Source of the DNA: Caecitellus pseudoparvulus
Lineage: Eukaryota > Protista > Bigyra: Bicosoecida
Direction of reading: 5' to 3'
NCBI GenBank assembly: GCA_965644315.1
Contig: CBFFRQ010000053.1
Coordinates: forward strand, 124,001-188,000
Length of the DNA: 64,000 bases
Below the pieces are notes generated by a model that did no database searches, was not told where the DNA came from, and saw only the letters and a program-made list of their open reading frames with translations. Every line of letters begins with the position of its first letter. Within the stretch, counting starts at the first letter, position 1. A program made the translations under genes and the position numbers. Shown piece by piece: positions 34,954 to 44,976 of this stretch.

Positions 34954-36443
34954 TCACAGCTTGCGCCCACACACCCGCTGCACAGTGGCCACGATGTCGT
35001 CCTTCTGTGGCAGTGCCATGGCCTCCAGGTTGGCAGCATAGGGCATGGGCACGTCTGCACCAGTGACGCGCTCGTAAGGCGCGTCCAGGTAGTCGAAGGC
35101 GTCTGACTCGACGACGATGGCGCCAACCTCGGCGCCGATGCCACAGTGGTGCCAGCCATCCTCCACAGTCACCAGGCGGCCGGTCTTCTTGACGCTGGCA
35201 ATGATGGCATCCCGGTCAATGGGGCGCAGCGACAGCAGGTTCAGCACCTCCGCGCTGATGCCCTGCTCAGCCAGCGCCTCTGCAGCATCCAGACACTTGC
35301 CAACAGCCCGGGAGAAAGAAACCAGGGTCACGTCAGTGCCCTCCCGCTCCGTCTTGGCCTTTCCAAAGGGAATGGTGAAGTCAGGGTCCATGGCCTCGGC
35401 ACTGACAGTCTGCGTCACGCCGTACATGAGCTCGTGCTCCAGCACCACCACAGGGTTGGGGTCGCGTATGGCCGCCTTCATCAAGCCACGGCAGTCGTCT
35501 GCGGAGTACGGCGCCACCACCTTCAACCCTGGCACTGAGCTGTACCAAGCTGCAAAGCACTGGGAGTGCTGCGCACCCACGCCGGCGGCGGCACCGTTGG
35601 GGCCGCGGAACACGATGGGCACGTTGATGTCCCCTGCGCTCATGTACAGCTGCTTGGCTGCCGAGTTCACGATCTGGTCAATGGCTTGCATGGAGAAGTT
35701 GAAGGTCATGAACTCAATGACGGGCTTCAGGCCGTTCATGGCGGCACCGACGCCGATGCCAGCGAAGCCTGAGCAGGCGCAGGAAAAGGGGGGGGTGTAG
35801 GCCACCATGCGCTGGGGGCAAGCCCGGTGGCCCTACGCACCCATCTCAGTGATGGGGGTGTCAATGACGCGCTCAGAGCCCCACTTCTGCCAGAGACCCT
35901 TCGAAACCTGGGGCGGGTGGGGGTGTGCGTCTCCTCGTGCACGCCAGCCTTCGATTCTGTGAGCGGGCCGCTGCCGACGCGAACGACACGCACCTTGTAT
36001 GCGCCCTGGTACTGAGCAACTTCCTCACCTGTGCATAGAGTATGGCAACAGGTGGCATGCGGCGGCGACGGCGTCGCTGGGCGGGCAAGGGCGTAGGACA
36101 ACACGCGGGGTGTTGCGCATGGTGCAGTGCACCTTCGCCTGCAGCGCTGCCACGGGACGCACCCAGCAGGACCACCGTCTTGTCCCGGTCCATCTCCTCA
36201 TCAATGGCAGAGTTGAGGGCCTCACGGATGGTCATCTGTGCACACGACGGGGGGCATGGCGCCGTGCGGCAGTGAACACCACGCACGTGGTGCGGATTTC
36301 GCTGCTCAACTGCCTGCACACTGCCGGCCTTCGCTCACCTCTGTGGCCTGTGCAGCGGCGCTCATGCACCGCACAGTTCCAGCAGGCACCTTGCATGCAC
36401 CTGCTGCCAATGAGGCAACCCGGCGGGTGGCCTGAGCAAGCAT
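34954..36443 (-). CDS. PDHB: pyruvate dehydrogenase E1 beta subunit, mitochondrial
   Basis: Transit peptide [14 protein letters not shown]..., then [73 protein letters not shown]. Confidence 0.97.
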
Positions 36444-36853
36444 CTTGTCGTGCTGGCTGAGCCGATGCAGAGCAGGGAGGCAAGAGCCTTTTTGCTGGGC
36501 CGGCCTGGCTTGCAGGCAGTCAGGGCAGGGGGATACGGGAACTCAAGGCGCCTGCTCGTGCATGGAAGGGGCCAGGATCAGGTGTTATGAATGTGCCTGG
36601 GACCGTCCAAGGCAATCGCTTTCTGGGCGCCTGGGCTGTGGAGCTGCTCGGCATGCCTCGGCCCAGGTGGACTGTGTCGGGCACACTCACGCTGACATGG
36701 CAAATCCGCCGCCACCATGGTCACTCTGCGGACAGATCTTGGACAGCCTCACCCAGGAATACCTCGGCAGCCCCTCTGGGCGCCTGCACAGCGCTTTCAC
36801 AGCCACTGCGGAAGTTCGCCGCACAGTCCGCGAAACGCCACACCTTGGCCGCC

Positions 36854-37745
36854 ATGTCCGCTCCAGAGGACAACCCCTTCGCAGACCCGCCGCCAGCACC
36901 GGGCAGTTCTGCTGCAGCACCCCCAGCTGGTGGCACAGCACCTGCAGCACCCGCTGCTGCTCCTGCGTACGTGCCGCCCGCCCGCCTGGGCCGTGCTGGT
37001 GCAGGTTTGCAAGCTCGCTTCGACCTCGCTTCGCAGAGCGGCACCGGCCAAGTCTTCCTCATGCGACATTGCTGCGTGGTCTGACAAGGGCATGCTGAAC
37101 ACACTGCGGGCTGTGAACATGCTGAACGGCGCGCTCGTCATCGCCGCCTCCATCTTGGTCTTCCTCACCGGCATCGTGGACCTGAACTTCACCACGGCCA
37201 CGCTGGCCTGCTACATCATTGCATTCGGCATCGTCATGCTGTTCGTGGAGTGCAACATCTCCAACTTGCAAAGCTGCGTGCGGGCTCAGTGTGGCTTCCT
37301 CTTCAGCTTCTGGGGCCGGGCCATCTTCATCACATTGTGCGTGCGCCCGGTGGGTGACCTTGCCGCTGACCCCCTGCTCACCTCTCCCCGCCACTGTCCT
37401 CGCAGCTGTGGCACGCTCTGCATTGCTCTGGACAACTGGGTGGGGTACCTCTTCGGCTCCCTCACGTTTGTGAATGCGATTTTCAACATGTACTGCATCT
37501 GCGTGCACCCCGCCTTCACCAGCGGCCGCATCACTGCCTCGTCTGACCCCTACACCTCCTACGTGGGTGGTGAGAAGGTCATGGTGCAGTACCTGAAGGA
37601 AAACCCGGACATCGCCCGCAGGGCGGGAGCCAGCGCCGTGCAGTTCGCGCGGGACAACCCAGATGTGGCGCGACAGGCAGCTGCCGGAGCGGCCACCGCC
37701 AGCCAGCCCAAGAGCGGCAGCAGCGGGGACAACCCCTGGGCTTGA
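36854..37745 (+). CDS. COPI-associated/TVP15-like Golgi membrane protein
   Basis: About four TM segments, GFLFSFWGRAIFI motif, N-terminal DNPF and C-terminal DNPW motifs; introns ~36965-37035 and 37337-37405. Confidence 0.75.
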
Positions 37746-37773
37746 ATGCCGTGCACAATGCATGCTTGCCTGC

Positions 37774-39340
37774 TCACACATACCGAGGCGCCTTGCGGCG
37801 CTGGCTCCTGGTGAGGGGCGGAGACGGCTCACTGACGCTACTGGAGGCGGAGGCACTGTCGGAGTCGGTGAGGCTGCCTGCTTCGCTGGCACTGTCAGAG
37901 CTGCCTGCGTCACTGGACTGCGCCTGGGCCGCCTGCCGCCGCCTGCGCGCGACTGCACGGCGGAGGCGTGCTGAGGGAACTTGCGACGCTTCGTCAGCCA
38001 CGCGCCGAACCGACCACGATGTGTCCACGCCCTGTGCATCGGCCAGCACCTGGGACAGCACAGACGCAGGGGAGTGCGTTGGGGAAGTGGTGGCACGAGG
38101 CCGCTTCAGGGGGCGGGGCGCTTCCGGTCCGCTGGGCACGAGGGAGGCGGGCACTGCGCCAGTGCTACCTGCCAGCACCGCCCCTGCCACGTCACTGCCC
38201 CTGCCGTGGGCGAAGGCTGACAGGTGCCCCAGGCCAGGGATGAAGACATCCGCCTGTGTGGAAGTCGGGGATGCCAGGCTGCCGCTGTGCCCGCCGCCTG
38301 CCGTGGGGCTGGCAGCCGACGCGGAGCCAGAGTAGCCGAGAGCAGGCTGGACCCCGCCGGCGCCCCCGCTGGCAGCCACTCGCGGGGCGCAGGTGGGGCA
38401 GTACCACTTGTCTTTGGGCCTGTTGCTGGGGGCTATGCCAACGCAGGCGCAGTGGAACCACTCCACGCTGCAGTCCTCTGCGTCACAGGCAATCATCTCC
38501 CCAAACGCCACCTGGCCACACGTACAGTACGTCGGCTCGTACGGGTTCACAGGCGCATCCAGCCGGGCGTCCAGTGTCAGGGCAGGCGACGCCAGGCCTG
38601 CAGCAGTGGACAGGCCTGCTTGGCCCGTGGGTGCCGCCTGGCGTGACGAGCGTGGCCGTGAGCGGGTGTTGCGCTGGCCGGTGGCGGGGTTGGACGAGGC
38701 GCCTGCCCGGCTTCGCTCCGCCCGCCAGTTCTCAGAGCACAAGGCCATGGCAGTCTGGATTGTGTGCGAGTCTGCGCAGGGGTCAGTGGGCGAGTGGGTG
38801 ACTGTTGCCCAGCACAGTGCCTGGGGCCGCCTCTGCCTCACCGAAGGCTCGCAACCTAGCGCTGACGCTGCCCAGAGTGGAGTCCAGCGTCTGCACGTGG
38901 TAGTCCACGGCATTGTACAGGCTCTTGGCCACTCCAAGCTTCACGTCGCACATGTTCAGGAGGCACCGCTGCAGCTTGGCCAGCTGCGAGGCCAGGGTGC
39001 GTCTGGGTGTGTGGGCCAGTGCGACGGCAGCGCCGGGCGCAGAGCCTCACCTCGGCCTCAGCGGCCCGGCGTTTCGGGCCAGGGCCAAGGCGGTTGATGC
39101 GCTTGCATGTGAGGTTGCTCCGCACTTCCAGGTCTGCGGGCGGCCAAAGTGTGGGATGTGACGGGCAAAGAGCCCACTGTTGCGCCGGCGCCCAACGTTC
39201 GCCCCAATCCCCGCACCCAGGCGCGAGCACTCACCCTGGCGAGCTGTGTCCAGCGAACCCAGCACGGACATCACTTGCTTCACGCGATCAGGGAGGTGTT
39301 GCACCGTGTCCATGAACCTGTCAGTGCAAGGCGTCGCCAT
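37774..39340 (-). CDS. ING-family PHD finger protein
   Basis: N-terminal FMDTVQHLP.. coiled coil; PHD '[40 protein letters not shown]...KWYCPTC'; multi-exon. Confidence 0.9.
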
Positions 39341-39771
39341 GGCGGCGCCAGGCACGTCGCAGAGTGTGGGCTGCCTTCCCAACGGCAGCGAGGCGTGCTC
39401 TTGGCGCTCTGGCAAGGGGCCCTTCGCAGAAAGGCAGAGGGCGGTGAGAAATGTGGTACGCGCAAAACGAACCCAGCACACTCCACTGGGCGGTGATTGT
39501 GTTCCCTTTGCCCTGCTGTCTCGTCAAGCATCGTCGCGTCGCAGTGGCCGAGGTGCGGTCTTTGAAGCGTGTGCTCGAGGCTCTTCCACTTTCACGAGCA
39601 GTGCGACTTGACCTGCGGAACGCGGACCCATAGCTTCCCTGCTGGCACGGAGTGTGCACTTGTGCTTGACCCGCGGCCCCTCCTTTCTGCAAGCGGCTTC
39701 GCTTTGGACGGCTCCTGTGCAGGGGCGCTGGTTCAAATCCCCGCCGCAAGCCCCAGGCCAAGCAAGCCACC

Positions 39772-40890
39772 ATGGACTCCCCAGAGTTCCCTGTCATCGG
39801 CGCAGCAGCCCAAGGCCGGTTGCACACGTTTCGCACCAGGGCGAGTGATTTCCAGCTGCGCAGCACCAGCACAAGCACGCCCTCTGGGCGGCTTGGCGGC
39901 ACCAAGCGCAGCCGCAGCGCTGTGCCAGAGGCGTGCAAGCCCAAGAAGCGAAATGGGCAGGCGCAGATGGTCCTGGACTTTGGACAGAAGCGTTTGCTGT
40001 CCACCCAGTGCCCAAAGTGTGGCCTCGTGTACCAGCAAGGGCATGCCGAGGACGAGGCAGTGCACAGCGCCGCCTGCTTGGAGCACGCCTCCCCTCCATC
40101 GTTCAGCCCACCTGCCTCCCTGCCCAGCCTGCCTGCCCCAGCCCCCCTTGACCGCATCGTGCACATCCAAGGCTCACCACCCTCTGCGCTGGCGGACAGC
40201 GTGGGCAGGGTCTTGGCACGTGTCTCTCAGGACTTGGGCATGGACCGTGTGCACCTGACAGGCCGCCACAGCGTGTTCATGGCTTGCCGAGGCGGCCGGG
40301 TGCTGGGTGTCGCTGTGGTGGAGCCCATCCACGCAGCCTTCCGTGCCATGCCGGTTGCTGAAGAAGATGGCCCCGGCTCGCCGGAGCAGCCGCCCCCCGG
40401 GCAAGTTGCGTCGGCATGCAAGGATCCACCCACATCCACGCAACGGTCCCTTTTGGCTTTCTTTGCAGCCGCCGCACCCTGTGCGCCTAAGTCGGTGCCC
40501 AGCAGCGCATCACCTCCCGTGGCAGCCCTGTCCCCAAGGCCAGCGAACGGGGATGCACACGAAGCCAAACCACCCCCATCCCACACACCAGTCAAGACAG
40601 CAGCGTCCACCGCTACACGACACGCGCCCCGCCGACCCCAGACAAGTGGCGTCTTCCGCGCCACATCCACCTCCTTTCCAGCCACCTTGGGCGTGCTGCA
40701 GATCTGGACACACGCTGCACACAGACGGCAAGGCATTGCGACAGCCCTTCTGGAGGCTGCCCGAAAGGCGGCAGTGTTTGGCCAGGTCGTCCCGCGAGCG
40801 GCCTGTGCGCTGTCGCAGCCCACACGGGCGGGGCACTTGTTCGGGGCGGCATACTTCGGGCAGGTGGATCACTTGGTGTACGCTGTGTAG
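39772..40890 (+). CDS. ECO1: cohesin acetyltransferase Eco1/ESCO/CTF7
   Basis: QMVLDFGQK (PIP-like), zinc finger CPKCGLVY..G..EDE..H, GNAT tail LGVLQIWTHAAHRRQGIATALL...ALSQPT.AG. Confidence 0.9.
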   Translation: MDSPEFPVIGAAAQGRLHTFRTRASDFQLRSTSTSTPSGRLGGTKRSRSAVPEACKPKKRNGQAQMVLDFGQKRLLSTQCPKCGLVYQQGHAEDEAVHSAACLEHASPPSFSPPASLPSLPAPAPLDRIVHIQGSPPSALADSVGRVLARVSQDLGMDRVHLTGRHSVFMACRGGRVLGVAVVEPIHAAFRAMPVAEEDGPGSPEQPPPGQVASACKDPPTSTQRSLLAFFAAAAPCAPKSVPSSASPPVAALSPRPANGDAHEAKPPPSHTPVKTAASTATRHAPRRPQTSGVFRATSTSFPATLGVLQIWTHAAHRRQGIATALLEAARKAAVFGQVVPRAACALSQPTRAGHLFGAAYFGQVDHLVYAV

Positions 40891-40984
40891 AGCAATGCAT
40901 GCATTCCCCTCGGCTCCGATGCCCTCACGCGCAGCCAAGCCGACAGGGCCACATGCGCACACGTCAACACGGCAGCGAAGGCCG

Positions 40985-43900
40985 CTACGCCACCACCTCT
41001 GACAGGCCAGCTGCCAGCGGCTCAGCCGGCTGGCTGCCCGCCTTGCACAGCCCTGCAGCATATGTGGCCAGCTGAGGCACATGTTCTGCCGCGCTCAGGC
41101 GGGTGAGGGCGTCCCCCGCCGCTGTGCGCATGGCAGACACGGCAGCAGGGGGGGCCTCTGCCGAAGCAGCTGCCATGAGGCGAAGGGTGCCCGCGACAGG
41201 CAGCAGTGCGGCCTCTTCAGCCCCATCCGCCAGGGCGACGGGTACCGACGCAGCGAGGAAGGCCCCCAGCGCAGAACAGTACTGCACAACGTAGGGGGCT
41301 GTGGCCCTCAGTGGACGGGTGCCGCTGTCGCTGTCAGCAGGGGCGTGGAAGAGGGTTGTCCCGGCAGACACGGCAGGTGGGAGACCCTCCTCCGCCTGCA
41401 CGCCTGCTGCACCTGCTGCCTGCGCGAGGCTAGGCAGGACGCTGCTGAAGGCGCTCTGCCCAGCCAGGGAAGCAGCTGCCCCCAGCGCAGCGGCTGCAGA
41501 AGACCGGCTCATGCGGGCAGCTGGGTGCTGCGCAGCAGCCGCCGCCAGCAGCACTCGCACCAGGCAGGCGGACACCGCGGCAGCGGAGGTGGACGAGACA
41601 GCCGTGCTGGTCACCGCCGCCGTGCACAGGCGGTGTGCCAGGCGCAGGAGGTGGGACACAGCGTCGGCACAGGGCTGGCTGGTGAGAGCTGCGTCCTCGC
41701 CTGCCGCTGCCTGCACCAGCTCATCCCACGAGACGGACGGTGCAGAGAGCCAGGCGCTGACGGCTGAGGGCGTCGCAGCCCACGACGTGAGGTCGTGCAC
41801 CAGGCCCTCACTGGCCCCTCCGGCAGCTGCGATGTCAGCTGCCGTGCTGGCCAGGGTCAGGGCCATGTCGCTGGCAGCCTTGGCAAGGCTGGCTGCAGCC
41901 ACAGCACTCGCACCCTCCCCCGCGCCGGCAGCACCGGTGCCCAGGGAAATAGCTGGCAAGGCGTCTGTGATGAGCCAAGCTGACCACTCCCCCCACTGCT
42001 GGGGCAACGACCACGCCGAGCCAGCCGCGGAGGGGGCGGCCGTGTGCGCTGCGGCAGAGGCAGCAACAGAGAAGGCGAGGGCAGCTTGCAGGGCCTGTGC
42101 AGGGGGCAGTCCTTCACCCGTGGCGCCTGCCAGGGACAGCACCATGGTGGCAGCCGTGCCAAGACTCAGCACTGACTCGTCGTTGGCCAAGCGCAGCTCC
42201 AGCAATTGGTGGCGTGCGGCGCTGTGGCTGCCCTGCAGCACCCGGCGCAGCACCCACAGCGCTGTCATGGGATGCATGTCGCCGCTCTCCCCATCTGCGA
42301 GGGCAGAGTGGGCAGTGAGCAGGGCGCACCGCAACAGCTCGCCTTCTGCGTCGGCGTCACACAGGGCGTCCACCAGTGCTGGCAGGGCGGGCGGGCACCC
42401 TGCGCTGTGGGAAGGCATGTGCATGACATGCTGCACCAGCCAGGACGTGACCGGCGCCCGCTCAGCTGCAGGCAGCATGGACGCCAGGGCGGCGATTGCA
42501 CCGGTGATCTCGAAGGTGGCAGCTTCCTGGGGTGCGCCCGCTGCTGGCGCCCGTGCGGCCGACGAGAACCACTGCAGCCAGCGGCACAGCGTGTCAGCCG
42601 AGAAAGCCGCCTGCAGCTTGGTAGCCAGCGAGTCTTTGGGGGGTTCCATGGCGCCCCAGAGGGTCGCCGCTGCGCGCAGGCAGGCAGACATGAGCGCCGT
42701 GTTGGTGGCGTCCAGGGACGGCGCCGCGCCGCCCCCCTCAGCCACGACACCTGCGACGCCCTCTTCGTCGGACTCTGCGCAGTCAGCGGCAGCGTCGCGG
42801 GATCGCTTGCGCTTGGTGGGTGCCGCTTCAGCGGCTTTGATGGCCTTGTTCACGGCCTTGTGCAGGATGAGCAGCACCTTGCCCACGCTGCCGGCTGACG
42901 CGTGAGCGGGGGCGTTGCGGAAGAACGCCAGCGTGGCGGCAGGATGCGCATGCAGTGCCTTGAGGGTGCGCGTGGCCCACTCGGAGCCAGAGGCTGCCGG
43001 CGGCATGAAAGACGGCAGCAGCAGCGCAGTGAGAGGCCCTGCCACGGATGCCTCCTCAGCGTCTAGGGCCAGGCGTGCGAGGGCGTCCGGCACAGGCACG
43101 ACGTCCATGAAGGTGATACCCTTCAGCGCCTGCAGGGCCAGGAGCAGGCGGGCCATGGCCGCGCGCACCTTGACGCTGCGGTCATGCAGCAGGTGCCCCA
43201 GGAGGGGCAGCACCTGTGCCAGCGTCGCGTGGGCCAGGGGCTGCTCCAGCAAGAAGGCCATGCCATCCCCCACCGCTTCACGCACTGCGGAGCAGGCCGC
43301 ATCGCGGGAGCACTGCCCCACCAGCGTGCTCAGAAGGCCCTTGATGGCGGCGGCAGGGATGAGCTCCCAGTACAGGGACAGCACCCGGGCAGTGCCCTGC
43401 ACGCCCACCACCCTGACGTCCCCTGCCGGGTCCGTCAACAGCCCCGCCAGAGCGTCGAACTGCTGCTGCAGGATGGCCTCATACGCTGATGTGGGCCCAT
43501 CGGCATCGCCCAGGGGGAAGGTGTCCAGCCACAGCGTCGCGGCGTTGCGGCGCACGGCCGCGTTCGGGGCATCCAGCGCCCGCCACAGGATGGGAGCCCA
43601 GCACCGCGTGAGCATGGCGTCCACGCCCGCTGCTCGCTTGTGCTCCGCCAGGCCGCTGAGCATGCGGCGCACAGCTGCGAAGGTGCTGGGCACTGCCGCT
43701 GTCACGCCCTTGTGCATGAGGTCCTGGATGGCGGCCTGCTCCACCGCCAGGCGTGCGGCACCCTCAGCCTTGGCCCACCCTTTGAAGTACACGTTGGCCA
43801 GGCTGCGTAGGGAGCCCTTGGAGCTCTCGGGCAGCACAGACAGCACTGTCGCGTGGATGTCAGGCACCAGCTCTGCGTGCAGTCCCAGGGCGAACTCCAG

Positions 43901-44560
43901 GAAGCGCGCGTTCTCCTTGGTGCGCAAGAACAGCGGCGCGGCAAACGCCCGCAGGATGAGCTCCTTCACGCCGTCGGCTGACTCGTGCTCCAGGTCGAAG
44001 ACGTGGAAGGCGTCTTTCACGGAGAGCAGGCGCTTGATGTCTGCATCCTTTGCATCAGGTTGTGTCGCGTGCACGAGGAGGGCTGGCACCATCTGCACAG
44101 TGATGGCTTCTGCTTGAGGGCGCCCTTGGCACCAGTACCGGATGCACAGCTTCAGGATGCCGGAGCGCAACGCGTCCCCCGCGGGACCCTTGACGTAGAA
44201 CACTTGGTCGTGGAGGGAGCACACCACTCGCATCAAGCCGGGGCAGACCTTGGCCTGCTTGTCTGCCAAGGCACTGTGCGCCAGGGATGCGAGGCGGGAC
44301 ATCAAGTGGAAGGTGCTCTCGATTTCCGCACTGTCTGCATGGCCATGCTCGTAAGCGGCGATCGCGCCCAGGTACGCCTCCACGTCGCCACCAACGATGC
44401 CCTCCAGAATACCCGCAGCTGTGTTCCAGAAGGAAGAACCTTGTTTGCCCTGCAGGCAGTTCAGGATGGCTTCGTCGCTGCCGGCGTCCAGCAACGCCGT
44501 GAGAGACGTTGCGTCCGTTACGCCCACAACGGTGGCGCGGGTGACACCCGATGCCGCCAT
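40985..44560 (-). CDS. NCAPG2: condensin II HEAT subunit CAP-G2
   Basis: GVDAMLTRCWAPILWRALDAPNAAVRRNAATLWLDTFPL, LQQQFDAL..LL.DP...VR..GV.G...VLSLYWELIP, LLHDRSVKVRAA match CAP-G2 conserved blocks. Confidence 0.9.
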   Translation of the reverse strand: MAASGVTRATVVGVTDATSLTALLDAGSDEAILNCLQGKQGSSFWNTAAGILEGIVGGDVEAYLGAIAAYEHGHADSAEIESTFHLMSRLASLAHSALADKQAKVCPGLMRVVCSLHDQVFYVKGPAGDALRSGILKLCIRYWCQGRPQAEAITVQMVPALLVHATQPDAKDADIKRLLSVKDAFHVFDLEHESADGVKELILRAFAAPLFLRTKENARFLEFALGLHAELVPDIHATVLSVLPESSKGSLRSLANVYFKGWAKAEGAARLAVEQAAIQDLMHKGVTAAVPSTFAAVRRMLSGLAEHKRAAGVDAMLTRCWAPILWRALDAPNAAVRRNAATLWLDTFPLGDADGPTSAYEAILQQQFDALAGLLTDPAGDVRVVGVQGTARVLSLYWELIPAAAIKGLLSTLVGQCSRDAACSAVREAVGDGMAFLLEQPLAHATLAQVLPLLGHLLHDRSVKVRAAMARLLLALQALKGITFMDVVPVPDALARLALDAEEASVAGPLTALLLPSFMPPAASGSEWATRTLKALHAHPAATLAFFRNAPAHASAGSVGKVLLILHKAVNKAIKAAEAAPTKRKRSRDAAADCAESDEEGVAGVVAEGGGAAPSLDATNTALMSACLRAAATLWGAMEPPKDSLATKLQAAFSADTLCRWLQWFSSAARAPAAGAPQEAATFEITGAIAALASMLPAAERAPVTSWLVQHVMHMPSHSAGCPPALPALVDALCDADAEGELLRCALLTAHSALADGESGDMHPMTALWVLRRVLQGSHSAARHQLLELRLANDESVLSLGTAATMVLSLAGATGEGLPPAQALQAALAFSVAASAAAHTAAPSAAGSAWSLPQQWGEWSAWLITDALPAISLGTGAAGAGEGASAVAAASLAKAASDMALTLASTAADIAAAGGASEGLVHDLTSWAATPSAVSAWLSAPSVSWDELVQAAAGEDAALTSQPCADAVSHLLRLAHRLCTAAVTSTAVSSTSAAAVSACLVRVLLAAAAAQHPAARMSRSSAAAALGAAASLAGQSAFSSVLPSLAQAAGAAGVQAEEGLPPAVSAGTTLFHAPADSDSGTRPLRATAPYVVQYCSALGAFLAASVPVALADGAEEAALLPVAGTLRLMAAASAEAPPAAVSAMRTAAGDALTRLSAAEHVPQLATYAAGLCKAGSQPAEPLAAGLSEVVA

Positions 44561-44976
44561 GGTGCGAGCGGAGTGCTGCAGCTCCCACGTGAGAGTTTGG
44601 AGGACGAGTTCACATGCATTTGAGATGCATGTGAGGTATTTCCGTGCTTGTTTGGAATTTGCTCGGTGTGGACGTGTGTGCGAATGCCAGGAGGTTGTCT
44701 GCGACAGGCAGCAAGACCTGCTTCGCACCCCCACCCCGCCGGTTGACACTACAGTGGACCAGGCATTTCCCTGGGCCTGGCTGGACAGTTCAACAGTCAG
44801 TACGCACGTCCCTTCCATGCAAAGGCAGTGCGCCGTACGTGTTTGGAGGAGCTGGAGACTGGTTCTGGCTGTTTGTGCAGGGCACCTCACCAGATCAAGG
44901 CAGACCCCACTTGCACAGCCTGCTGCGCCCCTCGACGTTTACCGTCAAGCCAGTGAAGCCACACTGCACGTAGATC

